From a virus (taxonomy: Duplodnaviria; Caudoviricetes), in the IMG/VR virus record IMGVR_UViG_3300036982_000507, positions 1 through 39,960 of that record: a stretch of DNA of 39,960 bases, one strand, 5' to 3'. Within the stretch, counting starts at the first letter, position 1. The number at the start of each line of letters is the position of its first letter. The position numbers and the translations under genes are program-made. Positions 33,712 to 39,960 of this stretch are shown here, in pieces. The notes under the pieces are model-generated. The model was not told where the DNA came from. It did no database searches and saw only the letters and a list, made by a program, of their open reading frames with translations.

Positions 33712-34656
33712 TTAAAAACGGTATCCGCTGCCGTCACTAGGACCGCTGTTGTTGCCGTTGTCGCCGCCGCCGTACGCGTTAAAATTTTGGGGGTACGCAT
33801 ACCCGCCGCCGCCGCTTGACCCGCCGCCGCCGCCGCTGTTGGGACCCGCGTTGCCAAGCCCACCGCCCACAAACGCGCCGCCGATACTGGTCATGGCGGT
33901 GCCCGCCGCTGCCCAACCCGAGCCCACGTACTGCGCCGCCTGACCACGGAATTGGTACCCAACGTCCAGACCGTGGCCCATCATTGTGTACTGATTTTGA
34001 AGCGCCTGCGACGACATGTTTGCAAGGTTGCTGCTGTACGTTTGGTAGATGTTGGACAAATTGCCCGCCATAGATTGCTGAATCGACGACACGCCTTGGC
34101 CCATCTGCGCAGTCAGTGTGGACATGCCCGCCGCGCGTTGGGCCTCAAGCGACGACAACTGGCCCGCGTATTGTTCGCGAATCGCGCCTTCTTGCAGCAC
34201 GCCTTGCTGGCCAACAGACAGCACGCGCTCTTGGCCAAACGTAGACTGGCCGATGCCGCTGAACGCGTTGGCCGCACGTGTTTGCTGTTGCTGCCGCTCG
34301 CTAAACTGGCGCTGCAACGCGATGGTGCTGTCGCGGCCGATGCGCATTTCGGCCGACGCCTTGTCCATGCCAGACCCGTATTCCAACTTGGCTTTGTCAA
34401 AGTACGACGTAAACATGGTCCGCGCCTTGTTCATGTCTTTGCGGTACATGGCCATGTTCTGTTGCCGTTCGGCCGTGTACCGTTCCAAGATCTTGCCGTA
34501 GTCGCTTGCATAATCGGCGCCAAGTTCGTTGAAGTCGTCGATGGCCCCAGCCGCAAGCCCGAGCATCGCCCGACGCTTTGCCTTTGCGGCTTGTGACGAA
34601 GCGGCCGCGCCGCCCGCAATAAGTATCGCGCCGATTGCAAATCCAATAAGTGCCAT
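33712..34656 (-). CDS. Putative DNA ejection/pilot protein
   Basis: Start MALIGFAIGAILIAGGAAASS at 34656 (GGAG RBS, TAATG overlap); hydrophobic Gly/Ala N-terminus, Gln-rich helices and a Gly-rich C-terminus like P22 gp7 or T7 gp14-type proteins. Confidence 0.7.
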   Translation of the reverse strand: MALIGFAIGAILIAGGAAASSQAAKAKRRAMLGLAAGAIDDFNELGADYASDYGKILERYTAERQQNMAMYRKDMNKARTMFTSYFDKAKLEYGSGMDKASAEMRIGRDSTIALQRQFSERQQQQTRAANAFSGIGQSTFGQERVLSVGQQGVLQEGAIREQYAGQLSSLEAQRAAGMSTLTAQMGQGVSSIQQSMAGNLSNIYQTYSSNLANMSSQALQNQYTMMGHGLDVGYQFRGQAAQYVGSGWAAAGTAMTSIGGAFVGGGLGNAGPNSGGGGGSSGGGGYAYPQNFNAYGGGDNGNNSGPSDGSGYRF

Positions 34657-36947
34657 TACGTGTCTCCTCGACTCTTGCCAACTTGTGAAACTACGACGGA
34701 CGCGCGTTCGATTGCCCACGGCTTGCCGTCCGACGCGATGGTGAGGTACACGGCCTCGGACCGCACGCGGCATTTCAGCGCGGTGTTCTTGCCTGTTACA
34801 AGCGTGGCAATTTCTGTAACCTCTGCCTCGGGAAACGACGCCGCAGACACCAACGCGGTGTCGGGCATGTCGTCAATGGGCGTTTGTTGCTGAGTGACCA
34901 TCGACCCGCTGGGGTTTCCGATGTCGGGGGTAATTTGAACGTACTCGGCCTTTGGCAACCCTGTTATATCGCTTACGCGTTCAATGGCCCACGACGGGTT
35001 AATGAGCCCCGCAAGGTCGGTTCGCCACCGCAGCGTCCATGTGTCGGGCCCGTTGTATATGCGGGCGTTTCCAGCGGCAAACGGATCGCTTTGCGAGTAC
35101 AAACCAAACGGACGTTCGCCCCACCGACCGTCTACACGATCGGGGCTGGGCACGGCGGTGTTCCCGCCTTCGTACAACGGCGACGGTGTGGGGTTGTCGG
35201 CCGAGTTGCCGCAATCAACCACAATGGGGTTGATGTTGATGACAAACAGGGTGTCGGTTTGCAGCCCAAGCGCCGCCTGAGCGGTTTCGCCCGTGCTTAC
35301 CGACAGAATTGGCGACTGGCTAAGGTCGTTGAACCCCGTTGGCAATTCGTAATCGTCTTGGCCCATGTCCACGCGGACTTCGCGGAGCATGACGCGGTAG
35401 GGCAACGGCGCCGTGATCGGGCCGATGGTAAGGCTCGACCGCACAAACTGTGCAATCTGGTCCTCGTCTTCCATTTCCGAATCCCACCCATCCACACCAA
35501 TGGGAAACGCTTGATCAATAACACTGATTGACTCGGCGCCCGCCATGAAGAATCGGCCCGAGTTGGTCCGCGACGTGCCGACGTAGCACGCCGAAGACGG
35601 GGCGTAAATATTGGGGTCCGAAAACCGCTGCGGCCAGAACGAATCAGTCTTCAAATCGTAGTACAGGTGCAGGCTGGAAATCTCCACCCCGCTTACGGAC
35701 AGAAACATCCAAATGCCTTCGCGCTCGGGGTCGTACACCAAGCACGGAAACACTTCCCCGTTGGCAGCGTTGCCGAGTAAACTTATTGCCACAGGGTCTT
35801 GGGCTACGTCGACCGCTGTGCCCTCCGACGTCAACCCCCCGCCACTGGTCTGGGTTTGCGCGGAAGCGCCTGAGCCGCTGCCACCGTCCGTTTGGAGCGA
35901 TCGGAGCGTGCCGCCGCTAAGCGCGCTGGTGCCGCCGATGGCGGGGGTGCCAAAGTCCAACCGCAGAAAGAACGAATCAAGCCGCCCCGCGCTCACACGC
36001 TTGCCACGGTCAAAGTTGAAATCGTTGGGGCTGATGAAGTACAGCCCGTCGTTTGTCAGAACAAACGCGCCCTTCTCTTGGGACTGGCACCACGCGCGGC
36101 TTCCCGATATGCCAATGCTGCGGGTCAGGCTGACCATCGCCACTTCGTTGTTAAACAGGGGGTCGGTGGTCAAAAATGAAAACGAGTTGGTGCACCCAAA
36201 CATCAGCCCCGATTGGGCAAATGGGAAGATGGCAACGATGGGATCGCCCAGTGTGCCGTACTCTAGACTGACCGCAGCCCCGACAGCGCCGATAGCAACC
36301 CCCGCGTTAAACCCGTCGAGGGCGCCGCCTGACGGGCATTCGACAAGGTCTGGGGCACACGCGTACCACACGTTAGGCGTTTTTTTGAACCCCGCCAGCA
36401 CAACGCGCGCGCCCCACCGACAAATAAGCGTCGCGCGGCTGTGGTCGTTGGACGCGTACGCGTTGTCTAGATGAAATGGGCCGTGCTTAGGAGATGCATT
36501 CCCCCACACCGACGCGCCTGTTGCGGTGTCGGTAAGCAACACCTTGACGTAGTGGTCGCCGTCAACAAAGTAGAAGTACTCGTTGAACTGGACCCCTTCT
36601 ACCAGCCCCGTGGTGTTGAGCAACGCGGCCGACTGGTTGGGAAACAGGGTCAACGCTGAGGGCAGGGTGGCCGCGCGTGGGTCGGCGTAGTACACCTTGC
36701 CCCCACGGACCACAATCAACTTCTCGGTAAACACCCCGCTGATGTACGCACGAAAGGTGCTCATGTACTGCACGTCGCCAAGGTCAAACAACCGCGTCCC
36801 GTTGCGGGTGCTGATACGCGATCGCCCGTTCCACACATCCATTGGCAACACGTTCAAGCACGACGGGGTCATGCCAGCGGGCACGGCGTTAAACGACGTT
36901 TGCTCCGTGAAGCCTTTCATGGGGATGTTGACGGGGATGTGGGTCAT
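34656..36947 (-). CDS. Tail nozzle/stabilisation protein (P22 gp10 or T7 gp12-like beta-propeller)
   Basis: 763-aa beta-rich protein with the early motif CLNVLP..STRNGT, propeller-like repeats and C-terminal WAIERASV; directly before the ejection genes. Confidence 0.72.
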   Translation of the reverse strand: MTHIPVNIPMKGFTEQTSFNAVPAGMTPSCLNVLPMDVWNGRSRISTRNGTRLFDLGDVQYMSTFRAYISGVFTEKLIVVRGGKVYYADPRAATLPSALTLFPNQSAALLNTTGLVEGVQFNEYFYFVDGDHYVKVLLTDTATGASVWGNASPKHGPFHLDNAYASNDHSRATLICRWGARVVLAGFKKTPNVWYACAPDLVECPSGGALDGFNAGVAIGAVGAAVSLEYGTLGDPIVAIFPFAQSGLMFGCTNSFSFLTTDPLFNNEVAMVSLTRSIGISGSRAWCQSQEKGAFVLTNDGLYFISPNDFNFDRGKRVSAGRLDSFFLRLDFGTPAIGGTSALSGGTLRSLQTDGGSGSGASAQTQTSGGGLTSEGTAVDVAQDPVAISLLGNAANGEVFPCLVYDPEREGIWMFLSVSGVEISSLHLYYDLKTDSFWPQRFSDPNIYAPSSACYVGTSRTNSGRFFMAGAESISVIDQAFPIGVDGWDSEMEDEDQIAQFVRSSLTIGPITAPLPYRVMLREVRVDMGQDDYELPTGFNDLSQSPILSVSTGETAQAALGLQTDTLFVININPIVVDCGNSADNPTPSPLYEGGNTAVPSPDRVDGRWGERPFGLYSQSDPFAAGNARIYNGPDTWTLRWRTDLAGLINPSWAIERVSDITGLPKAEYVQITPDIGNPSGSMVTQQQTPIDDMPDTALVSAASFPEAEVTEIATLVTGKNTALKCRVRSEAVYLTIASDGKPWAIERASVVVSQVGKSRGDT

Positions 36948-38108
36948 TTAGTACACGCGGTAGAGCATAAACACAATTCCGCCTGTATTGCCAGAAGCAC
37001 TGACGGTACACGCACTTGAACTACTAATTAGCGTGCCCGTATACGGCGTAACAGTAACTCCGCCAACGCCACCAGCAGTACTTAAATACGCAATAACAAT
37101 ACCCGCCCACGACGTACCGCCTGCCGTTGGCTTTAACGTCACAGTTGGGGTACCAATTCCTGTTGTTGTCCATTGTAAAGTACCCGTGCTTGCGGTAATA
37201 GTTGTCGCATTTGTTGTTGCCCAGCCCAGCGCAAACCCGTCGTACAGTTCTTGCGCGCGCAACACGTCTGCTGCCGCAGTGGGCGCTGTGGCATTTCTTA
37301 CACGGCCGAGGCTGTTAAGGTCAAGGTTGCCGTTGAACGTTGCACCCCCTACAAACACGGCTTTGAGCACCGCCGCTGCTGTTGAGTCAAGCAACAATTG
37401 CTGCGTGCCGCCCCCTGTAAACGCTAGTTTGTCGGCAGCGGGAAAGAAGATACCCGTGTTTAGATCGCCTGCGGTGGTGATAATGGGCGCTCCTACCGCG
37501 CCTGCCCGCACCGTGACCACGTCGGCGTCGGTGTCGCCAAGGGTGGTGGTCCCCGCCACAATGACGTTGCCTACCAGCGCTGACACGCCGTCAACTATCA
37601 ACGTGTCCTTTGCCCTCAGACTCTTTGCGATGAGGTCGACGCCGTTTGTGGCGTCGGCGCCCCACACACTTTGCGGGGCCCACGCGTTCCACGCAGACCC
37701 GTTGTACTGCCGACAATACGACTTGGACGGGGTAAAGGGCGACACGGTGCCGTACGTCCACAACGTTTGGGTGACGTACGTGCTCTGCTTAACCACCAGC
37801 AACACGGCGTGGCCGTCTGCGGCCACAAGCACTGTGGGCGCCGCTGGTCCGTTGGTAAGCCCAACGGCGGATGCAAACGAATACAGCCCCATCACCCTAA
37901 ACGACGAGTCGTTGAGGTCGGTCAACGCCGTGGCAAACGACGGCAGCGTTGCGCCCAAGTACGGGGTAGACCCGTACGCAATGTTCGACCCAATCTTGAT
38001 TTGGTTGAGGTCGGTGTCGAGCGCGATTTCGCCAGGCGCCAAGATGTTTGACGACGCGGCAGCCCAGTTTGCTGTGGTGTCGCGCCGTACTTGAATCTTT
38101 GCGGTCAT
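36948..38108 (-). CDS. Tail fibre: Mtd_N/hyaluronidase-like N-domain plus pyocin-knob-like domain
   Basis: IQVRRDTTANW...LAPGEIALDTD...KIG; DLN...GLY...NGP...LLV...VTQT...YCRQYNGSAWNAW; GDLNTGIFFPAAD fibre motif. Confidence 0.8.
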   Translation of the reverse strand: MTAKIQVRRDTTANWAAASSNILAPGEIALDTDLNQIKIGSNIAYGSTPYLGATLPSFATALTDLNDSSFRVMGLYSFASAVGLTNGPAAPTVLVAADGHAVLLVVKQSTYVTQTLWTYGTVSPFTPSKSYCRQYNGSAWNAWAPQSVWGADATNGVDLIAKSLRAKDTLIVDGVSALVGNVIVAGTTTLGDTDADVVTVRAGAVGAPIITTAGDLNTGIFFPAADKLAFTGGGTQQLLLDSTAAAVLKAVFVGGATFNGNLDLNSLGRVRNATAPTAAADVLRAQELYDGFALGWATTNATTITASTGTLQWTTTGIGTPTVTLKPTAGGTSWAGIVIAYLSTAGGVGGVTVTPYTGTLISSSSACTVSASGNTGGIVFMLYRVY

Positions 38109-38338
38109 TTCTCGGCCTCTTCGACAAACTTTGGCGACACGATGAACATGCCTTCGGGGATTTCAATCTCGTTTTGTGACAACGTCCATTCGTGGCCCAC
38201 CAGCATCCACACGCGGGCCTTCACCTTTGGCCCCATTCGGATCGGGGAGGTTTCGGAGATGAACACCGCCCTGCTGCCGCAACCACTCACGAATGCGAGC
38301 GCCGCCGCGACGCATACGGTCACGATCAGCGGTAGCAT
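38105..38338 (-). CDS. Lipoprotein, o-spanin (Rz1)-like
   Basis: MLPLIVTVCVAAALAFVSG-C lipobox; overlaps the upstream ORF out of frame. Confidence 0.6.
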   Translation of the reverse strand: MLPLIVTVCVAAALAFVSGCGSRAVFISETSPIRMGPKVKARVWMLVGHEWTLSQNEIEIPEGMFIVSPKFVEEAEK

Positions 38339-38423
38339 CAACCCCGACCGCACCACGTGCCATGCGCTTGTCCAACCAGTCGAACAGGGCCAATGCAATT
38401 TGCGCGATGATTTGGGTGAGCAT
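38163..38423 (-). CDS. Putative i-spanin (Rz)-like protein
   Basis: Hydrophobic N-terminus, GAAGG RBS, overlaps the lipoprotein gene, follows the holin-like gene. Confidence 0.5.
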   Translation of the reverse strand: MLTQIIAQIALALFDWLDKRMARGAVGVDATADRDRMRRGGARIREWLRQQGGVHLRNLPDPNGAKGEGPRVDAGGPRMDVVTKRD

Positions 38424-38460
38424 GGTGCCTTCTCTTGAAACCAGTCGTCGTAGTCAGCGT

Positions 38461-38670
38461 TCACTTTGCCCCAGCCTTCTCGCTGCTCACGGCGTTGTCG
38501 CGTGCAAACACAAGCCCCGCGCCCGCGATCACGGCCGCGATGGCAATGTCCCACTGGGGCACGGTGTTGGGGTCGTTGTCCAAGAACGCGGCCACGACCG
38601 CAAACACGGCGATGGCGGCTGTGAGTACGCCCGCAAGAGTGGTTCGCCACGACGGCATAATGTTGCTCAT
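38461..38670 (-). CDS. Holin-like membrane protein
   Basis: SWRTTLAG..., two hydrophobic helices, GLVFARD and a charged C-terminus; alternative start at 38676. Confidence 0.65.
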   Translation of the reverse strand: MSNIMPSWRTTLAGVLTAAIAVFAVVAAFLDNDPNTVPQWDIAIAAVIAGAGLVFARDNAVSSEKAGAK

Positions 38671-38672
38671 AA

Positions 38673-38936
38673 TCATTGCCTTTCGAGTCGCTCAAGGCGA
38701 CTGTTGAGTTCACGCAGACGGTCTTCCGTTTGCTTGTCGGTGATGGCAAACCCGATGTTTGCCTTTGCAAGTTCCGACACAATACTGCTCAGTTCCTTCA
38801 CCTGCGATGTTGTTGTCGACAATTGTTGATCTTTCCGTCCCATTGCCAATATCAGCGCGCCGATGCCCAAGCACATGGCCACAACTTGTGCCCACGCAGC
38901 AATCAACTGGCTGCTTTGTTTGCCGTCATCGCTCAT
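38673..38936 (-). CDS. Single-TM coiled-coil protein of the lysis cluster
   Basis: N-terminal TM segment then a coiled coil (RLRELNSRLERLER); GAGGA RBS; ATGA overlap. Confidence 0.7.
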   Translation of the reverse strand: MSDDGKQSSQLIAAWAQVVAMCLGIGALILAMGRKDQQLSTTTSQVKELSSIVSELAKANIGFAITDKQTEDRLRELNSRLERLERQ

Positions 38937-39960
38937 GCAATCCTCAGCGCGTATAAATTGGTGGCCCCGTCGTAGTTTCCTGTGGTGCTTAAATACCGTG
39001 CGGTGTACGCCGCGACGCTTGAGACGGCTTTCATATCAATTGATGTGGTGGTGGTTAGCACAACAACAACAGAGCAGTTGAGTCCCTGTGAGGTGGACGT
39101 TACGGATGCCTTGTGCGCCGAGGTTGACGCAAGGTTGGCTGGGGTTGTGGCATTGTAAATGAACATGGTCATGGCAGCAGAACCCGCTGAAGCACCCTGC
39201 ATCAAAACGGTCTGCCCGTTGATCATCCATGTTCCTGCTGGCAGCGAGATTGATGCCACCGTATACACCTGATTTGCTGTCGTCATCGCCACGTCAACAG
39301 TTGCAATAAACTGGACGTAAGAAACAACGCCCGTGGCGCCCGTAGGCCCCGTGGCGCCTGCAACGCCTTGGACCCCGTCGGTGGTCATCAGTTCCCATTG
39401 CGACGCGGGCGGGGCGACGTTTGAGTTGGACGTGACCGCAATCCACGCACTCGTTCCGTCGCGGACCACGTCGCCGACCGCGTACAACTCGTTTGGGTTC
39501 CACACCCCGCGCCAGCGGATGTTGCTGAACGCGCTCGCGGGGGCGAGGACGCCGCCTACACCACAAACCCCCGACGATACCGCGTAGGATTCTCCGCGAA
39601 AGGGGCCGACACGGGACGGCATTAACCTGCCGTAGTCTCGCTGTTGAATTCCGTCCTTGATCGCGGCCGTGTTGTACAACGGGCCGTTGTCGATCTCGAT
39701 GAGCCGCGCCGAAAGACCTTCGTCTTCGTACGCGAGCGCAAAGGCCCGTGCGTATGCAATGAGTAACGACTCAACATACGCGGGCACAGGAACAATGTAA
39801 TCAGACGCGGTGACGTCGGACACCGCCACCCACGACGCACGGTATCGGATGATCAACGCGTCGGCGGTGCTGGTCTGTGGGGTGGGGTACAGGTCGAGTT
39901 GCACCGCTGGCATACCAGACCCCGCGACCAGTGGGGTGGTGCCGTTGGACTGGGCCCACG
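38933..39960 (-). CDS. C-terminal part of adaptor/fibre fusion (starts at 518)
   Basis: Adaptor-like LYPTP...IIRY...LLIAYARAFA, then WRGVWNPNELYAVGDVV module, short GXY collagen repeat, and a beta-rich tip SISLPAGTW...ALRIA. Confidence 0.82.
   Translation of the reverse strand, partial: WAQSNGTTPLVAGSGMPAVQLDLYPTPQTSTADALIIRYRASWVAVSDVTASDYIVPVPAYVESLLIAYARAFALAYEDEGLSARLIEIDNGPLYNTAAIKDGIQQRDYGRLMPSRVGPFRGESYAVSSGVCGVGGVLAPASAFSNIRWRGVWNPNELYAVGDVVRDGTSAWIAVTSNSNVAPPASQWELMTTDGVQGVAGATGPTGATGVVSYVQFIATVDVAMTTANQVYTVASISLPAGTWMINGQTVLMQGASAGSAAMTMFIYNATTPANLASTSAHKASVTSTSQGLNCSVVVVLTTTTSIDMKAVSSVAAYTARYLSTTGNYDGATNLYALRIA
39800..39960. repeat. Terminal overlap, right copy
   Basis: Matches 1-160; this copy keeps the reading frame of the adaptor gene. 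Confidence 0.97.

Noticed and set aside
36948-38108. Diversity-generating retroelement suggested by the Mtd_N-like domain
   Set aside because: No reverse transcriptase motif and no template/variable repeat pair seen.
38668-38676. Met-Ile-Met as a lambda S-type dual-start holin/antiholin motif
   Set aside because: Lacks the charged residue between starts; the first ATG is explained by ATGA overlap and is too close to the SD.
1-39960. tRNA, rRNA, integrase or DNA polymerase genes
   Set aside because: None recognised by eye; tRNAscan-SE and profile searches would be needed to exclude them formally.

Overview
The window is an apparently complete, circularly assembled ~39.8 kb GC-rich dsDNA tailed phage genome with podovirus-type gene content. 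Bases 1-160 recur at 39800-39960 with one indel. The minus strand carries the late/virion arm: terS, terL, two Gly/Lys-rich basic peptides around an HNH, portal, scaffold, major capsid, three paralogous decoration proteins, an adaptor-fibre fusion that spans the origin, holin/spanin-like genes with no recognisable endolysin, a tail fibre, a nozzle, three ejection-type proteins, a 3936-aa polyvalent protein, and an ECF-sigma-like gene with its own sigma70 promoter. The plus strand (9.78-19.5 kb) carries early and replication genes: DUF932, RHH, RecE-like nuclease, SSAP, DUF1376 initiator and RusA. No integrase, DNA polymerase, tRNA or CRISPR array was recognised. The most notable signals are three. 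(1) The giant protein is built of enzyme-like modules separated by a recurring x-S-[LQM]-R motif, partly as exact DNA repeats, and has its own HExxH motif, suggesting a virion-delivered, possibly self-processing polyprotein. (2) An out-of-frame small ORF with its own RBS is nested just before its glycosylase-like module. (3) Early genes are built as repeated cassettes: long stem, sigma70 promoter with a palindrome in the spacer, then a covarying RBS hairpin. All functional calls come from motif recognition and synteny by eye; no searches were run.
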